This document shows positions 1 through 14,690 of a stretch of DNA of 64,000 nt, one piece after another. The position numbers and the translations under genes were made by a program. This DNA is from Lama glama (taxonomy: Eukaryota). The notes under the pieces are model-generated. The model made no database searches and was not told the origin of the DNA. It saw only the letters and a program-made list of their open reading frames with translations. Each line of letters begins with the position of its first letter. The stretch's first letter is position 1. The stretch is from assembly GCA_028534125.1 (NCBI GenBank), contig CM052817.1, positions 106,022,001-106,086,000 on the forward strand, in the 5' to 3' direction.

Positions 1-1259
1 AATTTTGGAAGAAGCAAATTAACCCATAAAAATAGAGTACAACAGATTATATCCAATAATAAAAAAGAAATTAATAAATGAGATGTGATGTAAGTGGTGT
101 ATTCCAGACGTTCTAGTTCTTAACAAAGCACCACAGGAGATAGACATTTCCAAACTGAAATATTTATTCAATGGTATAAAAATATTTTCAATATCATACC
201 TTATCATGGACATGAGGAAAATAACAGGACAGTATCCCAGGAAACAAGGGCATAATGAGAGCACACTCTAATCAGGTTATAATGTCATACATTGGTTTTT
301 TGGAAATTCTACAACGCACCGTTTTTAGAGAACATGGTAGATTTATAAAATAACAAGGCCCAAATCCTGGCTTTATGTGTCATAGCAAAGCTGCACACTC
401 CTCTTAAATAGTAATCATTATATTAATAAAAACAAGAAAAGCAAAAAACATTCGATAATCATAGGTCTAGTCAGAGTCAAAGTAATTAGGTCTCGATATG
501 AATTTACTTGTGCTCTGAAATGTCTTATGGTCATAAATAATTACAGAGCATCTTCCCATAATTTTTTCATGCTTTGATTTTGAAATTGTATTTGTGTTTT
601 TAAAAAATACCTAACAGACCACTGTGTTATCTAGTACATTTTAGAGCTCAATAATACAAAAGAACCTCCTGAAGATACTGTCCCTTGTGTGAATACAGTA
701 AACTCATGACTGAAAGATAAGAGAGACACATTTCTTAGGTTATTTCACACAATAGTTCCTTGAATATCCATAGTTTGTATTAAATCATATTGTACAGTTG
801 ACAGTATTCCTGCATATTACAAAGTAAAACTTCTCTCCAAAAAATTTCTTGGTGACTTATTTCCTGTGCACAAGCTTTAGACACTGAGGGTGCCGAGACT
901 ACCTTCAGTTTATTTTTAACTGTTTAATATGTGTGATTTCTGTAACCTGAAGACATTTAAATTATGACTACTTCCTCTGTAAAGTTTTGTTACCTTCTTC
1001 CTATCAAAAAACATACATATTTTTAGTATATAATATAAAACAAACATACTTCACTTAAAATAAAATCCACTGTCTGGAATCCTACAATTTCATATTAAAC
1101 TCATATTTCTAAGTCATCCTGTGTTGTGTCTTTAAGTTTTTACATATGGTCTTTATGCTATTTTCGACCTAAAACACTTCCTTGGGAATACATTTGTCTT
1201 TTCTAAGCCTTGACATTTTTTCCTTAGCTTCTTGGAAATACATTCTTAAAGGAAGTTTA

Positions 1260-1766
1260 AAGACAGTCCCTGACTCAAGCTGGTGCAACATTCAATTTTT
1301 TTGACTTTGTGATACTGTGAAAGACATATGCGTTCACTACAAACCATACGCTGAGTTTTGAATTTTGATCTTTTCCCGGGGTAGTGATATGGGTAGAAAA
1401 TTCTCTCATGATACCAGGCAGTGGCAGCAGCTGCAGCTCCCAGTCAGCCCCATGATCACAAGGATGGACAACCAGTACACTGAAAACCATCCTGGACCCA
1501 GATACCATTCTGTTTTTCACTTTCAATACAGTAGTCAATCAATGACATGAGCTATTCAACACTTTATTGTATAAAATAGGATTGTGTTAGATGATTTTCC
1601 CCAACTGTCGGCTAATGGAAGTGCTCTGAGCACGTCTGAGGTGGGCTGGGCTAAGCTAGGCTATTCAGTAGACTAGGTGTATTACACGAATTTGCAACTT
1701 AACAATATTTGCAGCTTACAGTGGGTTTATTGGGACATAGTGTCATCATAAGTTGAGGAAGATCTG
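1260..1766 (-). mobile_element. Tigger5/MER47-type non-autonomous TcMar-Tigger DNA transposon
   Basis: TIR-like ends (agacagtccctgactcaag ... ataagttgaggaagatctg) with TA flanks; interior matches the remembered MER47 consensus (rc aaaatcatctaacac...gtgttgaatagctcatgtc...gaaagtgaaaaacagaatgg). Confidence 0.85.
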
Positions 1767-3134
1767 TATTTTATTTTACAATAAATGTCCTAAAAACTTT
1801 CTTGTAGAGCAGTAAGTGTATCTACATATACACACAGGCATGATTATATTCTGCAAAAGTTGAAGAAGCAAGTTAAAAGGGTCTGTGATAAGAATCTTTT
1901 AGATTATTTATGGTGGTGCCAAATTTTGTCATTCACTTTGGGATGAGAATTGCTTTTGATTTAAATTAAGTATGGAGTTGAAACTCCCTGGCTTTTGGCA
2001 CAGGTACTTGGTCTTGTCTTCCATAATAAATCTCATTCAAAGTTTTAGGTATCCAATGGGAGGATTCTGACAGTTTCTGAATATATATGGTCTGGTCTTG
2101 CATTCACTGTCTGCAGATATATAAGTAAGATGGTCTTTGAATGCACTGAGATCACTGAAAGACATTCTTAGGATAAATCATATTTATTACCTGACCACCG
2201 TGAGCCCTAAGCCTAACCAGCAGACCTCAGTGATACCCTGTATTTGAGTAAAAATCATCTGTTTGGAGCAATGTCCAAAAAGTTCTAAGACTAGTTTATT
2301 TCTCTTTTGTTAAAACCCTGTTACCCAGTAGAGCCTTTCTTTGGGCCTCTTGGGAAAAGTCAGGAATAAGATTTATAGTACAGACCCATTTGTTGTGTGA
2401 TTAGAAAATCTTTCCTTGCAAATGTATGAGTTTTCTTTAAGAGGTGCTGGATCTGTGAACTTAACTAACTCATGTCCAAGAATTGGAAGAGGTGCCATTA
2501 ATTTTCATGACAACCCAAACTTTACCTATTTTAAAGACCTCTAGCTTCTGCGATATAAATCAAGCGGTCCCTTAGTGCAATACCCAATTATATTAGTTAT
2601 TGACACCTTAATATCACTTAACCACAGCCACAAATCACTGTTGTTTAAATCTGAGGCCTAACTTATCCCTGGAAATTATAGACTGTTACTTGTTTCCTTC
2701 CAATCTGATAGCACATCACTTCCAATAAAATCAAGGAGTGGGTATCAATGGTAGTATCTCCTACCTTATTCCAGCCTTCAGTAGGCAGAAATGGCAATGC
2801 CTTTTAATGATGCTAGTGCCCCCTTTATCAACTTTCTCAACAAAAATGGTCATCTTTGGGGATATATTTAAAGGTATATGAGAAAATCACATGACAAATC
2901 CCCGCCAATATTTCTATCTCTTTAAGTAATTTTATCCATTGTTCTACATTAAAATAGGAAATATTTAAACTTTAATTTTTAGAAAATTCCATCAAAATCC
3001 ATGTTCTAGTCAGCTAATCAAGTAAAGAGAGGGGAGGAAATGACATATTGATTCAGTATTTCTGGTTGGTAGACTCATGTAGATAAAGCATCATATCTAA
3101 AATTATATTCCCCCTTCTCATTCCTCCATCCTGC

Positions 3135-3245
3135 CTTCTGAAACATGGTGCTAATGTTAGTACATACACACAAGGTTATTATAAAAATTAAATGAGTTAA
3201 TATTTGTAAAGCTTTGAGAAAAGAGCCTGTCATACAATTTCTATG
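3135..3245 (+). mobile_element. MIR SINE fragment (core/3' part)
   Basis: aaggttattataaaaattaaatgagttaatatttgtaaagctttgagaaaagagcctg resembles the MIR core. Confidence 0.65.
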
Positions 3246-3824
3246 TCACTGTTTGCTAGACAAACGTTTATAAAGGATATAAGAGCTCTTTGTCCCTTTT
3301 GATTTCACACTTTTTCTAGATGCTTTTCTAAGTTTTTCTTTCAATTAAACATATGCAAAGAAGGAAAAAAAAAACTAAAGCTTTTCCTGGTAGAAAAATT
3401 ATGAAAATACCATTCCTTTATTCCTTTAACATTTTCTTACAACTAACTAATACAAACCTCTAATAAAGTTATATGCAAATACAAGATATTGCCTTTAAGG
3501 AACTTACAGGAGAAAAGAACAAATAAGGATGTAACATGATAAGCATTCAACATTAACAACAACAAAATGTGATCAACCAAGAAAATACGACACTTATGTC
3601 TTTAGAGAAAATACCAAAGATGGACTTACACTGAATATGACATTTATCTAAATCTTAATTGATGAAGAGGATATTAAATGACAAAAGGAAGACAATTCAG
3701 TGTGACTGGTGCATATGTTTTATAGGAATGTATAGAAATCAGAGAGCTGCAGAAAGACTGAGTATTTGAAAATGTAAGTACTTCCCATGTGGTACCTACC
3801 ATAAACCAGTCTTTTATTATATAT

Positions 3825-4400
3825 AAAAATATAATCAGCTGCAAGTAATGGAAAGTAAACTTTTGGTGGACTAAACAGATAAGGGGTCTATTTTATGTCA
3901 CACATTATAATATTGGTATATGGAAACTGGCATTGGTGGTTGTAAAAATTCCTTTTAATAAACCCATTTCTTTCTATCTCTCCTCTCTGCCAGTCTTACA
4001 ATATTGGCTCTCTTCTTCATTGGTGTTGTCTTATGAATGCACTGAAGTCTGCTAAATCTATAGATTCTGAATTCAAGAAAAGACCAAGAAAAGAATGGTA
4101 CCATCAATAACCTTTTACAAAATATGATTATGAGAAAAGCATTCTTTTTGATTCTCCCCTGCCTTTGATTTGGAACAATCAGGGTTGTCTTAACCCCATG
4201 TCATCTTACAAATGTTTTCCCAAAATTATTCAGCAGCATTCCACTTAACGTCTTTTTGGTGGAACAGAATAGCCATCCTCAGCAGCAAGAAGCCTGGTTA
4301 AATCATTACTTAGTTGGGCACGTGGCTGCCACAACAAGACAGACAGAAAGGAGTACTGGATTCAGTGAGTATTGGATGGGAATTGCCTTGCTATGCTTCA
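3825..4400 (-). mobile_element. Old MaLR LTR (MLT1J/K-like)
   Basis: cagctgcaagtaatggaaag...ctaaacagataagggg...ttccacttaacgtc...gccatcctcagcagcaagaagcctgg pattern typical of antisense late-MLT1 LTRs. Confidence 0.5.
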
Positions 4401-5130
4401 ATTTTTGATAACAAATCTAGAAGATTGCTGCAAACACCAAAAGTGATTTTTCTCTCAATAAAATCATTTCCTTGTCTTTTAATAAATGTTTCCTTTCACT
4501 TCATGGCTCTTCCCTCAATTATAGATTACAGAGTTTGCTGAATATGTGAGACTCACTGCTCTATAATTCAGAGGATTCAATTAGAATCTCTTATCATAGA
4601 TAGAAATGGTATTGACACATTGTCCATCCCTCAGTTCAATATGCATTCCAAATGACACACTATAAATTGGGGACAACAGACATTCAATTTCAATTATTTA
4701 AAAATTCTTGATTCTGCCATAAAATTTTCATTATATATTTATATATATTTTGCTAATTAGATCTATGATATTTATTGGTTTAGAACTCTTTCACAGTGAA
4801 GAAGGCTAAGCCTTCATTGATTTTTTTCACCTTTTTTTTGTGTTTCTCAAAACATTTTGTACATTTGACAATAATAACAGTTTAATTAAATTATCTCTTG
4901 AACTTCCATATCACTCAATTATCAGTAAAACATTTTCAGCATTATAAGCACATGTATGAAACTCTTGTACTGTAAATCATCTGCCTGGATGGTTATGCTA
5001 AAGTGCCATGTGCTTTAAAAACCAAAAACAAAATAGGAATAAAGAATAATAGAATTTCCATGCTAAACTAATACCTGGACACTAAATACACAAATAGTTG
5101 ATCACTATTAAGAAAAATGCAAGTTTTTTA

Positions 5131-5770
5131 AAAATAGACTTATTATATGATCCAACAATCCTATTCCTGGGCATATATCTGGAGAAAACTATAATTTGAA
5201 AAGATACATGCACCACAGTTCATAATAGCACTGTTTACAATAGCCAAGATGTGGAAGCAAAGTAAACGTCCATCGACAGGTGACTGGATAATGAAAATGT
5301 GGTACATATATATGATGGAATACCACTCAGCCATGAAAAAGAATGACATAATACCATTTACAGCAACATGGATGGACCTGGAGATTATGATATTAAGTGA
5401 AATAAGTCAGACAGAGAAGGACCAATATTGTATGATATCACTTATATGTGGAATCTAAAAAAACCTACAAACAAACTTATTTACAAAACAGAAATTGTCT
5501 CACAGACATAGAAAACAAATTTATGGTTACTAAAGGGTAAAGGGTCAGGGAGGGATAAATTAGAAGTTTGGAATTAGCAGATACAAACTGCTATATATAA
5601 AACAGATAAACAACAATGTCCTAAAGCATAGCACAGGGAACTGTATTCAGTATCTTGTAATAACCTACAATGGAAAATAATCTGAAAAAGAATTGATTTC
5701 TATATATGATTAACTGAATCATTTTGTTGTACACCTGAAACATTGTAAATCAACTATACTTCAATTAAAA
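5131..5770 (+). mobile_element. 5'-truncated L1 (ORF2 C-terminus + 3'UTR)
   Basis: ORF 5249-5458 (WKQSKRPSTGDWIMKMWYIYMMEYHSAMKKN...ATWMDLE) is the L1 ORF2p C-terminus; 3'UTR ends actatacttcaattaaaa; degenerate TSD aaatgcaagttttt / aaatgtaagttttt. Confidence 0.95.
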
Positions 5771-8689
5771 CATGAGAAATGTAAGTTTTTAAATAGTTTT
5801 CCTTCTAATATTGATTTTATTGCTTTATTGTCAGTTATATAATCATTAATTCCCCTTGCCACAAGCTGTCAGAGTATATATGTGTAGAATAAACTGAGTC
5901 CTTCATTCGTTCATTGCTTGTTGAGTTTTCATCCTTAGTGTTCTTAGTAATTATTTCTTAAAATAATCCATTTACATTTATGTAAGAGCAATGTAATATA
6001 ACATATATCCATGTAGCAAGCTACAGATAAACCGCAATTTTTTTAGAAATCTGTGAAATATAAAAAAGAATAAATAGGAATGATACTAACAACCACTATC
6101 CATTAAATAACTAAAGCTATTTTTACAGAAATACAGATAGTAAATAAACAGGTTTGGCTATTGAATCAATACACGAATGTACAGATAAGTACAGATATGT
6201 GTATGTATTTTAAATAGTAACATGTTTAGATGGAAATTTGTTGAGCTGGATTTATTTTCTTTTGAATTTCTAGGGAGAAAAAAATAGAAATTTGAATAAA
6301 TTTTTCTTATTTTACAGTGGACTGTAATTTTTCACCCCCAAGTGTACACAGCCACATTTGGGGACCACTCTTCCAGCTGGAGGCATAACTAAATCTGATA
6401 TTATTCATCTTGTGTTCTCTTGGAAGATTTCAGTTTTAACCTACCTGATACATAATCCATATATTAGCACATTTACAGAAATGATTTGTATATACCCTTA
6501 GTTCTCTGTTGACACAGCTTTCTCCAAGATAAAATTTGACCAACTTGAACCATGTTTAAGTATCTTCAGGTTCATATATTATTTAAACTCTTAATTAAAT
6601 TTAACACATTTGATCATTCTTTGTTCTTGTTTTATAATATCCCAATATTTCTCAAACAATGATCATTGAATCTTCACTGCTACTACTTTTTCTTTCTCTG
6701 TAAATAATAGAAAGACACTTTAGATTCAGTCCTTAGTAATTTCAAATATAGTATCTTATTTGGAAACACCAAATGTTATTTTTTTAAATAAAAGATGTCC
6801 AACTTTTATATAACTCCACTATCTAGATCCATATTCACGAATGACATTCCATTTGCCTGTTTTTTTTTTAATTTCACAATGCACTTGAGATATGGACAAT
6901 GCAAAGATAATTAAGAAATAAATGAATAGCCAGAGAAAATTAATTTCAATAATGTAGTAAAGCAGAAACTAGAATGCAATGAGTTGGAAATTGCAAAGTA
7001 ATTGATGGATAGAAGGGAGAATGTGAAGGATGACATTTTAAGTGGTTTTACAATGAACTGGGAGAATCAGTTATTTTCGGAGTGTGGCAGAACAGAAGAG
7101 GTGGTTTTGGATTCTGATAAGCTGGGATAATTGAAGCAGAGATCATTCTAGGTGAAGTGTGAGGTACCAAATGCTGGGGAGGTGGAAAGAATAAGATCAT
7201 TAAAAGCTGTGGTCATAGATTTGACTGTCTAGTTGGAGATCCTGGAAAAAGAGTAACTAAAATATTAAACAGTGTATATAAAGGTTAATTCAACAGAAGA
7301 CTGGTAAAGATTTTTACTTAAATGTGTTTAGTGACTGGGAATCTAGCACTAATAGAAAGGTGTGTGTAAAGGAGATATTTCCCAAAATGATGGTAGAGAG
7401 TCCTTTAGAGAGCATAATCAACAGTACTAACAAAAATACATCAGAATTGGTAAATTATTTTGGCTCTTTTCCGATGTTCTATTTCATAGTATTTACTACT
7501 TATCAATGTGAAATTTTTTTTTTAAAGAAAGTTTTTATAAGTCTGTAGAAGTACAACTGTAACAGACTCGTGGACATAAGGCAAATGATTGGCGTGATTT
7601 TTTTAGTGAACATCTTAATAAAGACATGTTCTTTTCAAAGTGTGTAAAAGTGTAACATTTTAACTTGTCCATATTTTAAGAGTTGTCTTATCATTTTTTC
7701 ATACTGTAAATACCAAAAGGAGAATTGGCTTTACATCTAATTGAAATAGCAATATGGTGTAATAAAATGAAAAGTGCATTCAGAGTCATACCAGGGTTTG
7801 TTTCTGGCACTAAGAATTAGGTATATGTTAAACTTCAGTATTCTTGAATTTATATGTGAATATGCATCAAGACAAATAATATATAATAAATAATATATAA
7901 TAAATATTTATAATTTATACTAACTTATAGGTTAATATACAAAGATGTGTTATAAATTCTAATGAGTTAGCAAATTTTGTTATGTCTAATAGTGATTGGA
8001 AACAAAACTATAATTTTTCATTATCAAATGTAATATTTCATTTACTTTATGATTACTTTCAAATTATAATTTGAATTATAACCCTAAAGAATCCTGAGGA
8101 AATATCTGAGGCATTGCATGTCTCCTGGCATCCTTGTATTTTTAATAGTAATCTTAAGAACACTCATCTTTAGAGCATTTTTAAATAATTATTATTAAAT
8201 GGCTATTTACAGAATGTCTACCATATTTAAGGGACTTTGCTGGAGTATAAATTCACCAAAATGCTGAAGAATTCTCAATTTTTAGAAACATTGAGAAGCA
8301 CTTAACAAGTCAGGTCTTTACGATTTGGTATATAATGATGAGTTAGGAGTGAAGGATATGACTTCTAGGAAATATTATTATAACCACAAATATCTTTTAA
8401 ATTTCTCCCATTATAAAAATTCTCAGCCATGATGAGCTTATCAATAATATGAAATCTTGAATTTGAGATAAATATGAAAAAGGTTGAAAAGGTTGAGAAA
8501 CACTACTTTAAATGAAAGCATCTTTTGTTTAAATTGTCACTGTGTGTGTAAAATAGCAGGTAATGTAGATCAGAAATGGTAAATGAGAAAGAAGAAGGGA
8601 ACTAAGTAGATGGGAAATGAAAAAAGTGATACAGTTTATGAGTTTAAAGCAAGGAAGGAATTGTTATGTACCCGAGTAATTTGACCATT

Positions 8690-10440
8690 CTATTAATATA
8701 TAATATTCCTCTTTATTCTTGGTAATACTTATTGTCTTGAAGTCCACTGTCTGGCAGTAATTGCGATACTCCAGGATTTTTTAGTGTTTATGTGATACGT
8801 ATTTTTATATTGTTTCCTTTTTAGTGTCTCTATAACTTGATACTTGAAAAGTTTTTCTTGAGGAAATGTTTTTTTTTTAATTGAAATAGAGTTGATTTAG
8901 AATGTGATAGTTTCTGGTGTACAGCATACTGATTCAGTTATACATATATATATTTTTTTCATTATAGATTTTTATAAGATTTTGATTATTGTTCCTTGTG
9001 CTATACAGTAGGAAATTATTTTTATCTATTTTCTATATAATAGTTTGTGTCTGAAAATCTTTTTAAATCAATCTAGCTTGACTATTTCTGCCTCTTAATA
9101 GCAACATTTAGTCTATTAATGTTTAACTTAGTTATCACTGTAGTTGAGATTAAATTCATCATCTTGTTCTTTGTTTTTCTTTTCTCCTCTCCATCACATT
9201 TTTTGTCACATTTTTGTCTCTACTAGTGGATTATTATTTAAATCTATTTGTTTTTACATGCTTGAGTTATTTTTTACCATGTATCTCTGTAATATAAAAG
9301 TCTTGTCAAAAAATACAATATCACATAACTTACAGTAGAAAATATTGTACTATTAATTCCTCCTTTATACCCTCACACATGCTTTAACTTCCAAGTCACA
9401 TTGTTAAAATTTTAATTTTCACCATAAAATGTTTCTACTCTTTTGCTTAAAATGTATTCTCTGTAAGAATATCAAAATATAAATAAACCTAATTACCTAC
9501 CCCCAAAATAGAACAAAATAAAATAACTTAAAAATAATAAAACTTAAAATATCAGAAATAAATAAAATGGTTCACATTTATTTTCTTCCCATTTTCAGCT
9601 CTTTTCATTTCTTTATGAAAACCCAGATTGTAACAGACTCATCTATTATAATTTACCTTCTGTCTAAAAACCTGTTTAATTTTTTTTTTATTGCATGTCT
9701 GCTGGAAACAGATTCTTTCAGTTTTTGTTCTCTGAAAAAAAAAATCTCATATTTTGCCATGATTTTTGAAAGATACTTTAGATGAATATATAATTCTGGG
9801 TTCGCATTTGTCCTTTCAGGGTGTGAAGGAAGACATTCTGTTGTCCACTGGCTTCAGAAATTTCATGTGAAAAGTCTTCTTAGATCTGTTTCTCTATATG
9901 TAACATTTTTTTTTGGTTTTAGGAGCTTGACTATAGTGTAATTTTTTAAAAAACACTCTTTGCTTGGGATTCTCTGAGATGCTTCTCTTTGTGTGTTCTG
10001 TCTTGTATTAAATATGAACACTTTACAGACATCATTGTTTCAAGTAATTTTTCTACACTTCTTTTCTTATTTGGCACAATGTATGTAATATTGTCTCAAG
10101 TCCCTGCGTTTTTTGGTTCCCTTTTGTACTCTTTTGTATCTTTGTTTTTAAGTTTGTATAATTTTTATTGATCTATCAAATTCTATTGATTAATTCTTTT
10201 ATTTACTCTGGGGATTTTGGTAAGTTTTTAACTCTGTTGGTAAAAATTTTGAAGGAATACTTTGAATGATATCCTCTCTAAATACTCGTTATGTAGTAGA
10301 TTATGTATAATTTAGCATTCATATTTAACCCTTTATTATACTTTTGAATGTTTCACTGAAACTTCCCATTTGTCTCTATCTGTTTCCAAGTTTTCCACCA
10401 GATTCTCTAACATCTGAGTCCTTCTGATACATCTAACACT
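8690..10440 (-). mobile_element. Old L1M fragment (ORF1/ORF2 region), interrupted by a young L1 tip
   Basis: T-rich antisense L1 motifs (ttgtcttgaagtccactgtctgg; atgtctgctggaaacagattctttcagtttttg; ttttgaaagatactttagatgaatatataattctggg). Confidence 0.7.
8870..9055 (-). mobile_element. Short L1 3' tip
   Basis: poly(T) then aattgaaatagagttgattt...ttccttgtgctatacagtagg, homologous to the 3' end of the 5131-5770 copy. Confidence 0.9.
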
Positions 10441-11771
10441 GGATACTCTCTGCCGCTACCTTGTGATTTATGCAGGGTCTGAATGCCAAAGGACTTTTTC
10501 CTGTGCTTCGTGAACCAGTCCTTTCGCAAGTAGCATACTAGTATTTCTCACATTTATAATCTCCAAATTTTCCTCTTTAGCTCAGTCTTAGGAAAGCCCT
10601 GTGAGCCTGGCTCTGGGATGGGCTTTGTGAGTTTTCCTGTACATCCTCCAGAACCCTGGGGCATTCAATTTGCCTCATGTTTATGGAGGTCTTTGTGGGA
10701 TCGAATGTCTTGCCTCTCGCACCCACCGTGATCACAGACTTCTGATCTGCATCAGGGCAGGATCCTTGCTCTAATTGGTTTCCCTGCCTCTCTCACTGGG
10801 TCATGTAGCTTTTTCTTCAGATCTTCTCCCTGATAATCTTTGCTTTGTCCCTTCTGCATTGGTAAGTGCCTTACTTGCTCGTTACTTGCTGAAGGACTCA
10901 TGGCGGGGCAGGAGTGTATCCTTCCCCTCCTCCTGGAGCAGATGGATTTTGCTTTCACCCCTCGCTCAGCAGTCATGAATCGTTGTCAGAGATCAAGAAC
11001 CAGAGCATCTCTCGCGGCTCCAACAGTACTAACGTAATGGCTTTAACACTGTGTGAGCTCAGAGCCTGGAGGCACACAGGGTTTTGTGTCCTTACACCAC
11101 AAGACGTGGCTAGCTCGAGTCTCTGCATTTTCCTTAACCTTTGAGTTCATGGTCAAACTGCTGAGTGAGTCTGGATTCCATGTGTGTCTGGGACTCCTTG
11201 CTCTTCCATTCTGTCCCTGCAGCCCACACTCCAGCCGTAAAGATGTGAACAATCTCAATTGTTTTCTTCTTTGCTGCCACAGCAAAGTTCGGTGCCACTT
11301 TGACAGAAGTGAGACTGTTCATCTGTCCCAGATCTCCTTGGAGACATTTGTCTTACCTCAGAATTTAGTTAGAACAGTTTCCCTGCCATCATCCCTATTT
11401 ACTCTCCATGGACTGAAGTTCCCCTTGACCCTCAGAGTTGGAACTTGCCACACTGAGCATGATTCTAGTTTAATGCTATACGGTTTTCCTAAAATTAAGC
11501 TTAGTATCTCACCGAGTGTTCAAGAGAAGGATATTTTCTAATATTGAAACTACACTGGATTCCTGAGAAGCACATGTCTCTTTGATAACGACTCCCAGAG
11601 AGATTATTCAGGAGGAGTTATCTGTACTATTTGTGTAATTTGCTAACTTTATAATGTGACCCTTATATAAATGACAAATACACTGTGTAACTTTAGTGTT
11701 GTATATTGTATTAACATGGATCTTTTGAAATTACAACCCAAACAAAATCTAGAATTATACTCGCATAGGTT

Positions 11772-12384
11772 TGAAGGAGAAGTAATAAAATCGCCACGCT
11801 CAGGCGAACTAATTCTTGGCTTTATGCTGACCGCTTGCTTTTAGAACAATCAGCAAACACGCCTGACCAGACACGGCTCCCAGAGCCAGGCCCGTTGTCA
11901 AAACTCAAGTTACTGATTTCCCAGTTTGTCCCACCTTACTCTGGCAATTGAAATTTACAATCATGTCTGCATTCTGAGTCATTCCCCCAGGAAGGGAGTC
12001 ATGGGATGTTGCCCTCAGGAGAATGACCAGACCCTCCGAAGTTCCTCCTGGCACCTGGTAAGTCTGATCAGATAAAGGTAGCGGGCTGATGACCCTCCAG
12101 ACCACCGGACGGTCCCATGATGCCGGACAGACTCGCCAAGATTCAGGAGGAAGCTTCACCAGAGACTCTTGTTGGTTAATATCACCTTTTACACCCCCAA
12201 TTTGTTCTCTTTACAATCACTACGCCCCAACCCTAAGATGGGTTCACAGTTTTGAAGGCACTAGCATGCTGTGAGTCCCCTTCGCCTGGCAAAGCAATAA
12301 AGCTGCCTCTTTTCTCCTAAACCCTAAGACCCTGCTTCTGTGTTATTTGGCTCATCAGGGATGGGGGCCGATCTTTCAGCAGCA
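11772..12384 (+). mobile_element. ERV1-type solo LTR
   Basis: Starts TGAAGG and ends tttcagcagCA; AATAAA at ~12296; near-matching 4-bp flanks (ggtt/gggt); GC/CpG-richer than surroundings. Confidence 0.85.
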
Positions 12385-14069
12385 GGGTCACATCACAATA
12401 TTTTCTTCTTAAGTGAAACCCTGAGAATGAGGAAGAAATTTCAAGTCTTACTTCGGTAATTCATTTTTTCTCTGAACTTGAAGAGGTAATTTAATCCCAA
12501 TTTCCTTTCCATGTAAATATTAAGGTACTCCATCTCTCTTTAAAAAATCATGTCAATTAAGTAGGCGATGGGTTTGACTTTTCCAGGTGTATAAATGACT
12601 CCCTGAGTGTAAATTACATTGTACTAACTGCATTGAGCCACCAGTGCCTGAAATTCAGTGAATTACTGCTCTACTGCACTAAATGCCCCCTAATGACTTG
12701 AAAGAGTCAATGTACTCTCAGAAACATCCAGCTTTAATACCAGGGGTTTCCTAATATTCTTTGCAAAACTCGAAGAGAGGCGTATTACCTATCCGTGGCA
12801 TGTTTTCTCACTCCTAGTAGAAAAACAAATCTGACAGGAAGCTTGAAAACTAATTAGATTTTACAGCACACCCACTGCTTTTAATTTATAAGATGTACTT
12901 TAAAGGGAATAAAAAATATGCAAGTTAAGAGGACTATTTAAATTCATCATGCTAAACAGAACTTCTGAAGCATGAAGCAAAAGTTGTCCCCAAACACTGG
13001 GTAGTATAACACCTGTCAAAATACTCACTAATTAGTAAAATCTAAGAGCAGTTCATAGTGAATGCAGCCTTCCATACTTTCAAACTGAGTACCTTTTAGG
13101 GCCTTGAAACATCCCTCTATTTTAACACTGAGTATCATCTCCATGAGACCTTTATCATCTACCGAAATGTGTTACCATTTTTAGATGCCTGCCTACATGC
13201 CTAGCTATTCAATGGTATTTTTCATTTGATCATAATAGTGTGCTGTTGTATTAGTAGTTCCATGTTGATTTCCATATCTGTTGCTGAAATTAAGGATCTC
13301 ACTAACTTCAGTGTAATTTATTACTTTTTTTTTATTGGAGATACAACTGCGATTTTTAAAAAAATGTCTTCACAGTTTTAATTTCTTGAATTTTGAATAT
13401 ACTATTTTGGCTTCACTTTCTCCTACTTGGTATAAAAGCACCAGAGATTGTTTTCTTAACTCATTTTTCTCTCCCCTCTGTTTATGTTTTTCTATTTTTT
13501 GTGACATCACCTTCACCTCTGATCAGTTGCTTCACAAGCCAAAATATCTCCTCCATAGCCCTATGAATACCCAAAAGAAATTTACATTTTTATAGTTATC
13601 TGTTTCATAATCAAATGTTAAAAATAAAAATAAATCTCATTTGCTAAGACAAATGGAAGTCTTAGCGTATCTCTTGGAGGTTCTGTCTTCCAGTCATAGT
13701 TGACTTTTACAAATATTATCTGTCCTATAATCTAAGTACTGTATTTTTTATGTCATTTGCGATTTCTTATTTTGAAGAGACTCAGCACACGTCTGTCTCC
13801 TTTTGAAAAGACCAAGTCTGAAAAATATATGGAAGGAATGATCATGGCACATAAGAAATGGCAGAAAAAAACTATGAAAAAAAATTTGAATGTATGGAGG
13901 CTTGATTTTATGTTTTTGTTATGTTTTTATGTTATGTTTATGTATGAATGCTTTGGAAGATGGACATTTATGTTGTTTCTGCTATAATTATCAAAATAAA
14001 TCAAAGTACCTTCTGGATCTCCATTTATAATTTATTTTAAGAGACTTTTACATATGCACTGATTTGCAG

Positions 14070-14690
14070 TTATTGTCTACAACTCCAAATCTACCTTTTC
14101 AACTCTGTGATGCAAAAATTGGAACTCAGGAAACTCCATTATGCATACATTTCTGTCAGTTTAATTCATGTTGCAATTTTCCACTAGGAGTCACTAGAGG
14201 ATGATCGGAAGTGTGGGGACAAGGAGAACGACATCTTTCCTTTTCCATATTCCTGCCAGGATGCCCCAGCATTGGAGGTTCCTGGCCGGGGCAGGCTGAC
14301 CCAGAGGCTTTTTGGCTGTCCCCAGAACAGCTCCACTGAGCCTCTTAAAATATCCCTGCCTCTGATGTCTGAGTAAAAGCAGTTCACAGAACTCCTCTGA
14401 AGTCCTGAGGCACAGAATATTTAGATGACCCATTCCTCAAGTATCTGCATTACTAATGCAAATAGCCCCTGAATCAACCTCCTGATTGCTGGAAACCCAG
14501 CCTCTTCCATTTGGCTTGTCTGCCCTTAGGGGCATAATGCTCCCCGGCCTTACATTCTCTGACTGTCCTTACTCTTTTATAGTTTTGCTTTTTAGTCTTC
14601 TTGTTGCTGTAAAAAAGATTTCCTTCTATGCAATCTATCATTTAAAATAGCTAATATAGTTCTTGATTTATTGACTAGTCCATGGCTACT
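14070..14690 (+). mobile_element. Old ERVL LTR (LTR33-like)
   Basis: ccactaggagtcactagaggatgatcggaagtgtgggg near 5' part; aaaatagctaatatagttcttgatttattgactag near 3' end. Confidence 0.45.

Noticed and set aside
11053..11541. 162-aa ORF and overlapping ORF cluster at 10.7-11.5 kb
   Set aside because: Locally higher GC next to an old L1M explains the open frames. No recognisable homology.
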